Numbered from the stretch's first letter, positions 45,555 to 56,354 are shown. The stretch is 64,000 nt of DNA from Bacteroidetes bacterium GWF2_33_38 (GCA_001769505.1 MEOF01000046.1:2197-66196); one strand, 5' to 3'. Numbers and translations are program-made. The notes: generated from the sequence alone by a model not told the origin.

Positions 45555-47933
45555 GTGAAACACAGTATTCTGAAAAAAATTGGACTTATTGTACTTTTTC
45601 TACTAGCTGTTATATTCTATTTTTCATTACCTAATCCGCTGTTCAACAAACCCTTAAGTTTTGTTATTGAAGATAAATACGGGGTGCTTTTGGGTGCTCA
45701 TATTGCCGATGACGAGCAATGGAGATTTCCGTGCAACTATAATGTTCCAAATAAATTCAAAATCGCCATTACAAATTTTGAAGATAAAGCCTTTTATTTT
45801 CATTCAGGGGTAGATTATTCCGCAATTGTTCGAGCAATATATTTGAATATCAAGCATAAAAAAATACTCAGCGGGGGCAGTACTATTTCGATGCAAGTAG
45901 TTCGTTTATCAAGAAATAATAAATCTCGAACAATTTTTGAGAAAATCATAGAAATTATTCTCACTTACCGTTTAGAACTAACTTATTCTAAAAATGAAAT
46001 TTTAGCTCTATACGCTTCAAATGCTCCTTTTGGAGGAAATGTTGTGGGTTTAGAAGCCGCATCGTGGCGATATTTTGGTCGCAAACCCAATAAATTATCG
46101 TGGGCTGAAACAGCAATGTTGGCTGTACTTCCAAATAGCCCCTCGCTAATTAACTTGGGAAAAAATAGAGAAAAATTGTTTGCAAAACGAAATAAATTGC
46201 TCAAAAATTTATTCGATAAAAAAATCTTCGATAAAACAACTTACGAACTCTCTATTATTGAGCCAATTCCTGAAAATCCACAAGCTTTTCCACAATTTGC
46301 ACCACATCTTTTAAATAAAATCAGAAACAAATATCAATATAGTTTGAATAAAACTCGAACAACTATTGATGTGGCAATTCAAGAAAAAATAAATCGTATT
46401 CTAACCAGTCATGTTACAAAATTGTCTGAAAATGGAATACACAATACAGCTACTATAGTTGTTGATATTGAATCAGGTAATATTATTTCGTACAATGGAA
46501 ATATAAGTTCGAAAAAAGAACATGGCGAAGATGTTAATATAATCGAAGCTGAAAGAAGTACGGGCAGTGTATTAAAACCATTTTTGTATGCTGCAATGCT
46601 GACATCAGGTGAAATTTTGCCACAAAGCCTTGTTCCCGATATTCCCATTCAAATTAAAGGTTATACACCCGAAAATTACAATCAAGGATACGATGGAGCT
46701 ATTCCCGCAAATCGAGCAATTGCTCGGTCGTTAAATATTCCTGCCGTTAAAATGCTTCAAAGCTATGGTATTGAACGATTTATTCATTTACTTAAAAAAT
46801 TAGGAATGACAAGCGTCAATAAATCTGCTGATTACTACGGATTATCGCTAATTTTAGGAGGAAGTGAAGGGAAACTTATAGAGCTTGTCGGAATGTATGC
46901 TTCGATGGCACGAACATTAAATCACTACTCAATATTCAATAGTCGATACAGTAAGACCGATTATTTTGCCCCGAATTATTTATCCAATCCGGACAAAGAA
47001 AAAAATACTGGACTCCCTGTTAATTTAGAAAAAATTTCAACACTTAGTGCAGCATCAATTTGGTTTACATTTAATGCAATGCTTGATGTTGAAAGACCTC
47101 AAGATGAGAGTAATTGGGATTTATTTTCATCGTCCGAAAAAATTGCATGGAAAACCGGTACTAGTTTTGGTTTTCGTGATGGTTGGGCAATCGGTATTAC
47201 ACCTAAATACGCTGTAGGGGTTTGGGTTGGAAATGCCGACGGAGAAGGACGTCCGGGATTAACCGGTTTAAATACGGCAGCTCCTATACTATTCAACATT
47301 TTCGATAAACTCGACGATGCTCCAGCTTGGTTTGAGCCTCCTTATGATGATATGGTTCAAGCTCCAATTTGTAAAAAAAGTGGTTATTTAGCATCCGAAA
47401 TATGCGACGATATCGACACTATGTGGATACCTAAATCAGGCATTCAGTTTAGTAAGTGTCCATATCACAAATTGATTCATTTAGATATCGCCGAACAATT
47501 TCAAGTTCACGACAAATGCGAAAATACATTTAACATGAAACATGTTTCTTGGTTTGTATTACCACCCGCTATGGAATGGTATTTTAAATCGAAAAATCCG
47601 TTTTACAAACAATTACCTCCTTTTAGAGAAGATTGCCTAAACGCAATCGAAAATATGGGAAACAACATCATGGAAGTGATTTATCCTAAAAATTTTGCAA
47701 AGATTTATATTCCGATTGAACTCGACGGAAAAAAAGGACGATTTGTAATTGAACTCGCTCACCGATTACCACATACAAAAATATTTTGGCATCTTGATAA
47801 TGAATTCATTGGATTTACAATTGATTTTCATCAAATGCCTATTATCACTTCCGAAGGTTACCACGCTATTAAAATTGTGGATGAATTTGGAAACGAACTT
47901 ACGCAACAATTCGAAATAATTGAGAAAGAGTAA
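45555..47933 (+). CDS. pbpC: Penicillin-binding protein 1C (bifunctional transglycosylase/transpeptidase)
   Basis: GTG start. GT51 motifs FEDKAFYFHSGVD and GGSTISMQ. Transpeptidase motifs SxxK (TGSVLKP) and KTGTS. A PBP1C-type C-terminal domain is present. Confidence 0.88.
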   Translation: MKHSILKKIGLIVLFLLAVIFYFSLPNPLFNKPLSFVIEDKYGVLLGAHIADDEQWRFPCNYNVPNKFKIAITNFEDKAFYFHSGVDYSAIVRAIYLNIKHKKILSGGSTISMQVVRLSRNNKSRTIFEKIIEIILTYRLELTYSKNEILALYASNAPFGGNVVGLEAASWRYFGRKPNKLSWAETAMLAVLPNSPSLINLGKNREKLFAKRNKLLKNLFDKKIFDKTTYELSIIEPIPENPQAFPQFAPHLLNKIRNKYQYSLNKTRTTIDVAIQEKINRILTSHVTKLSENGIHNTATIVVDIESGNIISYNGNISSKKEHGEDVNIIEAERSTGSVLKPFLYAAMLTSGEILPQSLVPDIPIQIKGYTPENYNQGYDGAIPANRAIARSLNIPAVKMLQSYGIERFIHLLKKLGMTSVNKSADYYGLSLILGGSEGKLIELVGMYASMARTLNHYSIFNSRYSKTDYFAPNYLSNPDKEKNTGLPVNLEKISTLSAASIWFTFNAMLDVERPQDESNWDLFSSSEKIAWKTGTSFGFRDGWAIGITPKYAVGVWVGNADGEGRPGLTGLNTAAPILFNIFDKLDDAPAWFEPPYDDMVQAPICKKSGYLASEICDDIDTMWIPKSGIQFSKCPYHKLIHLDIAEQFQVHDKCENTFNMKHVSWFVLPPAMEWYFKSKNPFYKQLPPFREDCLNAIENMGNNIMEVIYPKNFAKIYIPIELDGKKGRFVIELAHRLPHTKIFWHLDNEFIGFTIDFHQMPIITSEGYHAIKIVDEFGNELTQQFEIIEKE

Positions 47934-48066
47934 TCGATTTTTCTGTCTTTTAAGTATTCGTTTATTTGAAAGCTAAATAAGCGGGTAAAAAAAACAAACC
48001 AAACATTGCTTGAAATTTCAAAAAAACAAAGTATTTTAGTGCAAATTACGAAAATTGATTCATAAT

Positions 48067-48088
48067 TGTCAGGTTAAAACACATGACA
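48067..48088. promoter_or_regulatory. Imperfect hairpin tgtcaggt-taaaac-acatgaca related to the element at 41409-41430
   Basis: The stem pairs at 7 of 8 positions. Positions 48068-48081 (gtcaggttaaaaca) match 40827-40840 (gtcaggtgaaaaca) at 13 of 14. It lies about 100 nt upstream of the ATG at 48187. Confidence 0.35.
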
Positions 48089-48186
48089 AGACCGAAAATA
48101 AGAATTAATATGTAAATTGTATTTTTTTGGAAATGATTTCAATCGTTCCAAAAATACATGAAATTAAAATATATAAAACAAATAAT

Positions 48187-49731
48187 ATGTTTACAGAAAA
48201 GGACTTACAAGTTATAAAAACTCGACAAATCGACCTTAAAACCCTTGAAGAGCAGATAAGTTTTTTTAAGAAAGGATTTCCTTATCTAAATATTCAAAAA
48301 GCTGCGACTATCGGAGATGGAATGCAAGTTTATAATGAAGACGAAATATTTGAATTTGTTTCGTATTACGAAGAATCACGTGATAAATATAAAATTGTAA
48401 AGTTTGTTCCAGCTTCTGGTGCTGCAAGTCGCATGTTCAAATCTTTATACGAATTTGCCGATTTATATAACGGAAATCGTGATGGATACAATAATTTTAT
48501 GAATGGCAACGCATTGCGTTCGGTAATGAATGTTTTAACCAACATCAAAAAATTTGCTTTTTACAACGACTTAGAAGCCGTTTTGCAAAAAGATGGAAAA
48601 AGCACCGACGAATTAATTGCAAAACTTGGCTACATCGAAGTTCTAAATGCTTTATTGAACGAAAATGGCTTGAACTATGGAAATTTACCGAAAGGTTTAT
48701 TGAAATTTCATAAATATGAAAACGAAATGAGGACTCCAACCGAAGAACATTTGGTTGAAGGAGCAAATTATTGCAAAAGTTCAGACAAAATCGGTCGGCT
48801 ACATTTTACGGTTTCGTCAGAGCATAAGTCGCTGTTTATTAAGTTAATTGATGAAGTAAAAGCAAATTACGAAAAACAATTCGATATTCGATACGAAATT
48901 TCGTATTCGGAGCAAAAACCATCTACCGACACCATTGCTGTTGATATGGAAAACAATCCGTTTAGAAATTCCGATGGAACTCTTTTATTTCGTCCGGGTG
49001 GGCATGGAGCACTAATCGAAAATTTAAACGACATTTCTGCCGACATTATTTTCGTGAAAAATATCGACAATGTGGTTCCCGATAGAATCAAGTACAAAAC
49101 TTTTCAATACAAAAAGGTAATTGCTGGAGTTTTGCTGAAATATAAAGAAACCGTTTTTTCATATATCAATAAATTACAGCAAAGCAATGATATTTCATTA
49201 ATTAATGAAGTTGTTTCGTTTTTTGAAAAAGAACTTTGTATTTCGTTTTCAAACGAATTTGCAGGCTTAAATCAAAAAGATAAAGCATCGTATTTGTTGA
49301 AAAAACTAAATCGTCCGATTCGAGTTTGCGGAATGGTGAAAAATGAAGGCGAACCAGGTGGCGGACCATTTTGGGCGAAAAATCAAGATGGAACATTTTC
49401 CTTGCAAGTTGTTGAAAGTTCGCAGATTGACATGAACAATCCTCAGCAAAAAGAAATCGCACAAAATGCTACACATTTCAATCCAGTTGACTTGGTGTGT
49501 TATGTAAAAGATTATAAAGGAAACAAATTTGACTTATTGCAATTTGTTGATAAAAATACAGGATTTATATCTAAAAAATCGAAAGATGGCAAAGACCTTA
49601 AAGCATTAGAATTACCGGGCTTGTGGAACGGTGCTATGTCTGATTGGAATACCATTTTTGTTGAAGTTCCTATCATTACATTCAATCCAGTAAAAACCAT
49701 TGATGATTTATTAAGAAAAGAACATCAATAA
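48187..49731 (+). CDS. DUF4301 family protein
   Basis: I place the start at ATG 48187 (MFTEKDLQVIKTRQIDLKTLEEQISFFKKGFPYL). The PASGAASRMFK motif matches my recollection of DUF4301. Confidence 0.75.
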   Translation: MFTEKDLQVIKTRQIDLKTLEEQISFFKKGFPYLNIQKAATIGDGMQVYNEDEIFEFVSYYEESRDKYKIVKFVPASGAASRMFKSLYEFADLYNGNRDGYNNFMNGNALRSVMNVLTNIKKFAFYNDLEAVLQKDGKSTDELIAKLGYIEVLNALLNENGLNYGNLPKGLLKFHKYENEMRTPTEEHLVEGANYCKSSDKIGRLHFTVSSEHKSLFIKLIDEVKANYEKQFDIRYEISYSEQKPSTDTIAVDMENNPFRNSDGTLLFRPGGHGALIENLNDISADIIFVKNIDNVVPDRIKYKTFQYKKVIAGVLLKYKETVFSYINKLQQSNDISLINEVVSFFEKELCISFSNEFAGLNQKDKASYLLKKLNRPIRVCGMVKNEGEPGGGPFWAKNQDGTFSLQVVESSQIDMNNPQQKEIAQNATHFNPVDLVCYVKDYKGNKFDLLQFVDKNTGFISKKSKDGKDLKALELPGLWNGAMSDWNTIFVEVPIITFNPVKTIDDLLRKEHQ

Positions 49732-49791
49732 AATAGTTTCATAGTTTCTAAATCTTAAGTTCCAATTTTTTGAACGTTTAAAAATTTTGAC

Positions 49792-50163
49792 ATGATTACA
49801 TATTCATTTAACACAAAAAGTAACTTACTATATGTCACATTTGATGAAATAATCACATTCGCTGAAATAATTGATTATTTAAACGAATTTAGAGAATTAG
49901 ATAATTTGCCCTTAGATTTAAAACTTTTCTATGACGTACGAAAAGCTAATTTTGATTTTAAACTAGAAGATGTAGCCACCATTTCAAAACATGCCGAATT
50001 GGTTACCGAAAAATACAATACTGTTAAGACCGTCTTTTTGGTTGACAAACCAAAACATACAGCTCTTTCACAGGTTTTTACAGAAACTGAGACGAAAGAA
50101 AAAACAACAAGAAAATATTTCTCTACAGAGGAGGCTGCAATAAAATGGTTAGATAGTGAATGA
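49792..50163 (+). CDS. Hypothetical protein (123 aa)
   Basis: Clean ORF starting at an ATG, cytoplasmic-looking. No family is assigned with confidence. Confidence 0.6.
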   Translation: MITYSFNTKSNLLYVTFDEIITFAEIIDYLNEFRELDNLPLDLKLFYDVRKANFDFKLEDVATISKHAELVTEKYNTVKTVFLVDKPKHTALSQVFTETETKEKTTRKYFSTEEAAIKWLDSE

Positions 50164-50218
50164 AAAATGCTTTGAATTAAAAACCAATAATCTTAAAATA
50201 ATAAACGCAAAAATTTTT

Positions 50219-50226
50219 TACCTTTG
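50219..50226 (+). promoter_or_regulatory. Bacteroidota -7 promoter motif candidate (TACCTTTG)
   Basis: A TAnnTTTG match ending 23 nt upstream of the ATG at 50249. Confidence 0.4.
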
Positions 50227-50248
50227 TGGGTTTATAGAAAAGAATTAG

Positions 50249-51655
50249 ATGGAATTTGACGAAACAAATAACGAAAACGAGGAGATTCTTGATAAAGTTT
50301 TCCGTTTTGAAGAAATGCTTGTAAAAAAACAAAGCTATTTTTTCGACGTCGATGACTTTGTAAATATTGTTGATTTTTATATTGATAATGACGAGATTGC
50401 AAAAGCTGCTGAAGTTATTCATTATGCCCTCAGACAACACCCAAGTTCGGTTGACATTAAAATAAAAAAGGCTCAGGTTTTAATTAATCAAAAAAAATTA
50501 AAAGAAGCATTCAGTATTATTCAAGAAATTGAACAATACGATGCCGAAAATTATGAGATTGTAGTTTTGAAAGGAAGCATTTATAATCTAGAAGGCGATT
50601 CAGCTAAAGCCGAAAAAGAGTTTACTAAAGCAATGAAATATGTTCCAGAAGATGAGAAAGATATTGTATTTTACAACATTGCAATGGCTTTTTTGAACTC
50701 ATTTGAATTTAAAATTGCGTTAAAATATCTTTTCAAAGCACAAGAATTTAAGTCTGACAATCAAAATATTTTATTCGATATAGCTTATTGCTACGAGAAA
50801 ATAGGAGAGTTAAACAATAGTGTTAAATATTACGAACAATTTATCGACGAAAATCCATTTTCGGCAAATGCTTGGTACAATTTGGGCACGGTTTATAGTA
50901 TTTTGAACGAATTTGAAAAAGCAATTGATGCTTACGAGTACGCAGTTGCAATAAATGTTGATTACTCGTCGGCGTATTTTAATATGGGAAATGCTTATGC
51001 AAGCATGGAACAATATCACAAAGCCATTGAATCGTACAACGAATATCTAAAACTGAACGAAAACGACCCGCTTGCGTTGTATTATTTGGGCGAAGCTTAC
51101 GAATATTTAAAAGAAACCGACAAAGCAATGGAATATTACCACAAAGTAATTGAAATTGACGAGTTTTTTGCTGATGCATATGTTGGAATAGGCGAAATTT
51201 TATTTCAGGATGGTGATAACGAAAAAGCGATTGAAAATATTAAAATTGCAATCGATACCGATGAACTGAATTCAGAATATTGGTTTTTACTTGCCCGCAT
51301 GTACGAAAAAATCGGACAAAATGAAGATGCACATAAAGCTTACGAAAAAGCAATCAAAAACGACGAATTCGACGAAGATTTGTGGGTAAATTATGCCGAA
51401 TTTTTACATGACGTAAATGAAAACACTAAAGCAATTAAAATATTAAAAAGAGCACATGAAAAATTTAATGAAAATGCTGATGTTTTTTATTTATTAGCTG
51501 CTTTTTTATCGGAAACAACAATAGATAAAACTGTGTTGAAATATCTTGAAAAAGCACTAAAACTTGATGCTAAAAAATATACTGAATATTCATTTTATTT
51601 TGAAGAATATTCCGAGAATGCAGAGATAAACGAATTATTAAAAAAATACCGATAA
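50249..51655 (+). CDS. Tetratricopeptide-repeat protein
   Basis: 468 aa with many TPR units (AWYNLGTVY, AYFNMGNAY, ALYYLGEAY). Confidence 0.85.
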   Translation: MEFDETNNENEEILDKVFRFEEMLVKKQSYFFDVDDFVNIVDFYIDNDEIAKAAEVIHYALRQHPSSVDIKIKKAQVLINQKKLKEAFSIIQEIEQYDAENYEIVVLKGSIYNLEGDSAKAEKEFTKAMKYVPEDEKDIVFYNIAMAFLNSFEFKIALKYLFKAQEFKSDNQNILFDIAYCYEKIGELNNSVKYYEQFIDENPFSANAWYNLGTVYSILNEFEKAIDAYEYAVAINVDYSSAYFNMGNAYASMEQYHKAIESYNEYLKLNENDPLALYYLGEAYEYLKETDKAMEYYHKVIEIDEFFADAYVGIGEILFQDGDNEKAIENIKIAIDTDELNSEYWFLLARMYEKIGQNEDAHKAYEKAIKNDEFDEDLWVNYAEFLHDVNENTKAIKILKRAHEKFNENADVFYLLAAFLSETTIDKTVLKYLEKALKLDAKKYTEYSFYFEEYSENAEINELLKKYR

Positions 51656-52434
51656 TGAATTACAATATTCCGTTTTTGCCCGAAAGAAGCAATAAACCAC
51701 GTCAAAAAGGTTTAACCATGATGATGGACAAAGGATTAAGTGTTCGAGAAACCGAAAATTTTGTCTCATCGAGCAGTGAATTTACCGATTTAGTAAAATT
51801 TGGTTTTGGAACTTCGCTAATTACCAAAAACTTAAACGAGAAAATAAAAATATATAAAGATGCCGGTATAATACCTTATTTTGGAGGAACCTTGTTTGAA
51901 TTATTTATTGCTAGAGGCATGTTCGATGATTATAGAAAATATATTGAAAAATACAATCTCGAATTAGCCGAAGTTTCCGATGGAGCTATTGCGTTAAATC
52001 ATGATTTGAAATGCGAGTACATTCAAAAACTTTCGTCGCAAGTAACTGTAATTTCAGAAGTTGGTTCAAAAGATGCAAGCGTTGAAATTTCTCCTGAACA
52101 ATGGAATCAGATGATGAAAAAAGAGCTTCAAGCAGGCTCATGGAAAGTAATAGCTGAAGCACGCGAAAGCGGAAATCTTGGAATTTACAATAGCGATGGT
52201 TCGTCGAATAAAAAATTGATTGACACTATTTTACACTCAGTAAATAAAGATGATGTGATTTGGGAAGCTCCACAAAAATCGCAACAAGTTTGGTTTATTA
52301 AACTATTGGGAGCGGAGGTAAATTTAGGAAACATTGCTCCAAACGAAGTTATTTCTTTGGAAACCATTCGTTTAGGATTGCGTGGAGATACAGTTTTATC
52401 GTTTTTGCCTGAAGATATTCGAAAGAATTTTTAA
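51655..52434 (+). CDS. comA: Phosphosulfolactate synthase (ComA family)
   Basis: The N-terminus LPERSNKPRQKGLTMMMDKGL and the 259-aa length are typical of ComA-family proteins. Its ATG overlaps the upstream TAA by 1 nt. Confidence 0.75.
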   Translation: MNYNIPFLPERSNKPRQKGLTMMMDKGLSVRETENFVSSSSEFTDLVKFGFGTSLITKNLNEKIKIYKDAGIIPYFGGTLFELFIARGMFDDYRKYIEKYNLELAEVSDGAIALNHDLKCEYIQKLSSQVTVISEVGSKDASVEISPEQWNQMMKKELQAGSWKVIAEARESGNLGIYNSDGSSNKKLIDTILHSVNKDDVIWEAPQKSQQVWFIKLLGAEVNLGNIAPNEVISLETIRLGLRGDTVLSFLPEDIRKNF

Positions 52435-52466
52435 ATTTTTTGAAAAAGCATTTTTGCTAAAGTTAA

Positions 52467-53207
52467 ATGGATTTATACGGACTAATCGGCTTTCCTTTAG
52501 CTCATTCGTATTCAAAGAGATATTTTACCGAAAAATTTGCAAAAGAGGGAATCAGTGCGAGTTACGAGTTGTTTCCAATCGAAGATATTACGAAAATACA
52601 CAATATCATATTACAACATCATAATCTTAAAGGTTTTAATGTAACTATTCCTCATAAAGAAAATATTATTTCTTTTTTAGATGAAATCGATTCTTCGGCA
52701 AAAGATATTGGAGCAATAAATACGGTAAAAGTAATTAGAAGCAATTCGTCTGTGAGATTAATTGGATACAATACAGATGTTTACGGCTTTGAAAAAGCTT
52801 TTTTATCGACTCATAGGCAAAATCCTACAAAAGTATTGGTTATTGGAACAGGAGGAAGTTCAAAAGCTGTTTCTTACGTCTTGAAAAAGTATAATATTGA
52901 TTTCAAATTTGTATCAAGAAGTAAAAAAGAAAATTGTTTATTGTATTCCGAGTTAAGTGATGAAATTTTAACCGAATTTAATACTATTGTCAATACAACA
53001 CCAGTTGGCATGTCGCCCGATATTTTGGCGTTTCCTGCTATACCGTATGAGTTTATTTCAACCGAACATACTTTGTTCGATTTGATTTACAATCCCAACG
53101 AAACCGTTTTTCTTAAAAAAGGAAAGGAGAGAGGGGCTATTGTAATAAACGGATTAGATATGCTTTATTTTCAAGCTGAAAAAGCATTTGAGATTTGGAA
53201 CTTATAA
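52467..53207 (+). CDS. aroE: Shikimate dehydrogenase
   Basis: Motifs YGLIGFPLAHSYS, FNVTIPHKE and IGTGGSSKAV; 246 aa. Confidence 0.88.
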   Translation: MDLYGLIGFPLAHSYSKRYFTEKFAKEGISASYELFPIEDITKIHNIILQHHNLKGFNVTIPHKENIISFLDEIDSSAKDIGAINTVKVIRSNSSVRLIGYNTDVYGFEKAFLSTHRQNPTKVLVIGTGGSSKAVSYVLKKYNIDFKFVSRSKKENCLLYSELSDEILTEFNTIVNTTPVGMSPDILAFPAIPYEFISTEHTLFDLIYNPNETVFLKKGKERGAIVINGLDMLYFQAEKAFEIWNL

Positions 53208-53364
53208 TTTAAGAAATAAGTTTGTAATACTCTTTTTGTTCAAAACCAGATATTTACAATAAAAAAAATAATAACCGAGAAATCCAACATTGGTAAATTG
53301 TTTTTTTTTTATCAATCTAACAAACTTAAATACATAAAAACATTGCATTTTAAATCAATTAAAT

Positions 53365-53372
53365 TATTTTTG
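53365..53372 (+). promoter_or_regulatory. Bacteroidota -7 promoter motif candidate (TATTTTTG)
   Basis: A TAnnTTTG match ending 24 nt upstream of the ATG at 53396. Confidence 0.4.
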
Positions 53373-53395
53373 TCGGAAGTAAACAACATCGTAAA

Positions 53396-54787
53396 ATGAA
53401 AAATAAATACATCGATTTAATTGAACAAACCTTTGAATTTCCTCAAGAAGAGTTTAAAGTAGAAGACAATGAATTATACTTTAATGGAATTTCTTTAATG
53501 GAAGTTATTAAGCAATATGGAACTCCATTAAAAATTTCATATCTACCTAAAATCTCTCAAAATATTCAAAAAGCTCGACGTCTTTTTAATGTGGCAATTG
53601 CTAAATCGGATTACAATGCAGAATATCACTATTGTTATTGTACAAAGAGTTCTCATTTTTCATTTGTAATGGAAGAAGTGCTGAAAAACGATGCTCATCT
53701 AGAAACTTCGTCGGCCTTTGACATTCACATTATCGAAGATTTATACAAAAATGGAAAAATTAAAAAAGACAAATATGTAATTTGTAATGGATTTAAAAAG
53801 CATCAGTATATTGAGAATATTGCAAATCTAATTAACCTTGGCTTTGAAAACGTAATCCCGATTTTAGATAATGTTTACGAATTGGCTCGATTAAAAAAAC
53901 TTATAACTAAAAAAAGTAAAATAGGAATTCGAATTGCTGCCGAAGAAGAACCTGGATTTGACTTTTATACCTCAAGACTTGGAATTAGATACAATAAAGT
54001 TATTCAATATTATGAGGATAACATTAAAGGAAATCCGAAGTTTGAATTAAAAATGTTGCATTTTTTTATCAATACAGGAATTAAAGATACAGCATACTAT
54101 TGGAATGAATTATCGAAATGTATCGATTTATATTGTGAACTTAAAAAAGTTTGTCCTGAACTCGATTCGTTAAACATTGGTGGTGGATTTCCTATCAAAA
54201 ATTCAATGTCATTCGATTACGATTATGAATATATGGCAGAAGAAATAATATCACAAATAAAACAAATTTGCGATAGAAACGTAGTTGCTGAACCAAATAT
54301 TTTTACCGAATTCGGTTCATTCACAGTTGGCGAAAGTGGTGCTGTTTTGTATTCAATTATTGACCAAAAGCAGCAGAATGATAGAGAATTATGGAATATG
54401 ATTGATAGTTCGTTCATGACAAACTTACCAGATACTTGGGCAGCAAAACAAAAATTTATTATGCTTGCCATAAATAATTGGGACGAAGAATACGAAAGAG
54501 TTTTCTTAGGCGGATTAACATGCGACAGTCAAGATTTTTACAACTCCGATTCTCATGCAAACGCAATATTTTTACCAAAAGTGAATCCAAAAGATCCGTT
54601 GTATATTGGCTTTTTCCACACAGGGGCATACCAAGAGTCTATTGGAGGATTTGGAGGCATTCAACATTGCCTGCTACCAGCTCCCAAACATATTCTTATC
54701 GATAAAGATGAAGATGGTGAATTCTCAACTAAACTCTTTGCTAAAGAGCAAAGCTACAAATCAATGTTAAAAATTTTAGGTTATTAA
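53396..54787 (+). CDS. Fold-type III PLP-dependent decarboxylase (arginine decarboxylase-like)
   Basis: 463 aa with an alanine-racemase-fold decarboxylase layout (YCTKS with a candidate PLP Lys, NIGGGFPI, GGLTCDS). Confidence 0.7.
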   Translation: MKNKYIDLIEQTFEFPQEEFKVEDNELYFNGISLMEVIKQYGTPLKISYLPKISQNIQKARRLFNVAIAKSDYNAEYHYCYCTKSSHFSFVMEEVLKNDAHLETSSAFDIHIIEDLYKNGKIKKDKYVICNGFKKHQYIENIANLINLGFENVIPILDNVYELARLKKLITKKSKIGIRIAAEEEPGFDFYTSRLGIRYNKVIQYYEDNIKGNPKFELKMLHFFINTGIKDTAYYWNELSKCIDLYCELKKVCPELDSLNIGGGFPIKNSMSFDYDYEYMAEEIISQIKQICDRNVVAEPNIFTEFGSFTVGESGAVLYSIIDQKQQNDRELWNMIDSSFMTNLPDTWAAKQKFIMLAINNWDEEYERVFLGGLTCDSQDFYNSDSHANAIFLPKVNPKDPLYIGFFHTGAYQESIGGFGGIQHCLLPAPKHILIDKDEDGEFSTKLFAKEQSYKSMLKILGY

Positions 54788-54800
54788 ACAATAAAGCAAA

Positions 54801-55820
54801 ATGAAAAAAAGCGATATTTTAAAAGAAGAAATTAAGCACATAGATATTAAGTCTATTGATGCAACTGCTATTATAAATGCAATGCGAGATATGTCTTTTA
54901 CTTCAAGAGACACTGCGTCGGCTGCAGATATTTATAGCAAAATGATAAGTGAAAATAAGTGTACAAACATTCTTACTTTAGCAGGAAGTACAAGTGCTGG
55001 AGGCTGTATGCAAGTGTATGTTGACATGGTAAAAAACAATATGATTGATGTTATTGTCGCAACTGGAGCATCGATTGTTGATATGGATTTTTTCGAAGCA
55101 CTTGGTTATAAACATTACAAAGGAACTCCAAATGTAAATGACAAAGATTTGAGAGATTTGTATATAGATCGTATTTATGACACATTTATTGATGAACAAG
55201 AACTTCAAGCATGTGACAATACTGTTTATGAAATATGTAAAACCTTAGAACCAAAACCATATTCATCTCGCGAGTTTATTCGAGAAATGGGCAAATACCT
55301 TGTCAAAAATTCAAAAAAGAAAGATTCACTAGTTCAAGTATGTTACGAACATAATGTACCTATCTTTTGCCCTGCTTTTGTTGATAGTAGTGCGGGTTTT
55401 GGTTTGGCAAAACATCAATGGGAAAATCCACAAAAACATGTATCGATTGATTCAGTAAAAGACTTTTTGGAATTAACTAAAATCAAGATGGAAGCAGATA
55501 CTACAGGTTTATTTATGATCGGTGGTGGTGTTCCCAAAAACTTTACTCAAGATACTGTAATATGTGCCGAAATACTCGGAAAAGACGTTCCAATGCATAA
55601 ATATGCAATTCAAATTACTGTTGCTGATGTACGCGATGGAGCATGCTCAAGTTCTACTCTAAAAGAGGCATCATCGTGGGGAAAAGTTGATACCGTTTAC
55701 GAACAAATGGTTTTCGCAGAAGCAACTTCTGTTTTACCTTTAATTATTAGCTACGAATATCATCGAGGAGCTTGGAAAAAAAGAACTTCAAAAGAGTGGA
55801 CAAAGTATCTTGATAAATAA
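54801..55820 (+). CDS. Deoxyhypusine synthase family protein (homospermidine-synthase-like)
   Basis: The motifs LAGSTSAGGCMQVYVDMVKNNMIDVIVATGASIVDMDF and GGGVPKNF are characteristic of the deoxyhypusine synthase (DHS) family; 339 aa. Confidence 0.85.
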   Translation: MKKSDILKEEIKHIDIKSIDATAIINAMRDMSFTSRDTASAADIYSKMISENKCTNILTLAGSTSAGGCMQVYVDMVKNNMIDVIVATGASIVDMDFFEALGYKHYKGTPNVNDKDLRDLYIDRIYDTFIDEQELQACDNTVYEICKTLEPKPYSSREFIREMGKYLVKNSKKKDSLVQVCYEHNVPIFCPAFVDSSAGFGLAKHQWENPQKHVSIDSVKDFLELTKIKMEADTTGLFMIGGGVPKNFTQDTVICAEILGKDVPMHKYAIQITVADVRDGACSSSTLKEASSWGKVDTVYEQMVFAEATSVLPLIISYEYHRGAWKKRTSKEWTKYLDK

Positions 55821-55952
55821 GTTGTACAAGAAATACGATTAAAGCACAATGAAAACATAAGTTTTTTTACTTTTTTTATTATTTAAGAAAAAGAAATGCT
55901 TGTTTTTTCAAATTTATGAATTATAATTGCAGAAAAAATCATTTATTAGTCA

Positions 55953-56246
55953 ATGGAAAAGATTAGAAAAATTGTAAAATACGAAAATCTGAGCGAAGAA
56001 GTTTTAGAAGCTTTTAACGAAAAATATCCCGAAGGTTTTAAAAATATAATTTTTAAGGTTGATGCTCCAAAAGGTGCTTTTTACGCATTTACTTTTGAAC
56101 ACGAAAACGTTAGCTACCTCGTAAAAGTTGACGTGAGTATCGACAATATATTTGATGAAGTTGAAGACGATGATGATGCAATTGAAGGAGGAGAAGATAC
56201 ATTCATCGCAGCAGCAGAGGAACTCGAAGAAGAAGATGACGAATAA
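55953..56246 (+). CDS. Small acidic hypothetical protein
   Basis: 97-aa ORF with a highly acidic C-terminal tail (EVEDDDDAIEGGED...EELEEEDDE), followed by a good terminator. Confidence 0.6.
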   Translation: MEKIRKIVKYENLSEEVLEAFNEKYPEGFKNIIFKVDAPKGAFYAFTFEHENVSYLVKVDVSIDNIFDEVEDDDDAIEGGEDTFIAAAEELEEEDDE

Positions 56247-56267
56247 TGAAAAATAATACAACAAGAG

Positions 56268-56297
56268 AGCTGTCTAAAAAAATAGACGGCTTTTTTG
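56268..56297 (+). terminator. Rho-independent terminator
   Basis: Stem agctgtcta/tagacggct (one G-T pair), loop aaaaaa, then tttttt. It lies 22 nt after the stop at 56244-56246. Confidence 0.7.
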
Positions 56298-56354
56298 TTA
56301 TGTGAAATTTGATTTTGTTCATTTTATTTTTTTTAATATTTGTAATAAAAACAA

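Noticed and set aside
49792-50163. Idea that the 123-aa protein is a STAS/anti-sigma-antagonist partner of the PP2C phosphatase at 42768-45107
   Set aside because: I cannot point to a conserved phosphorylatable Ser/Thr motif or a clear STAS signature. The genes are 4.7 kb apart with unrelated genes between them.
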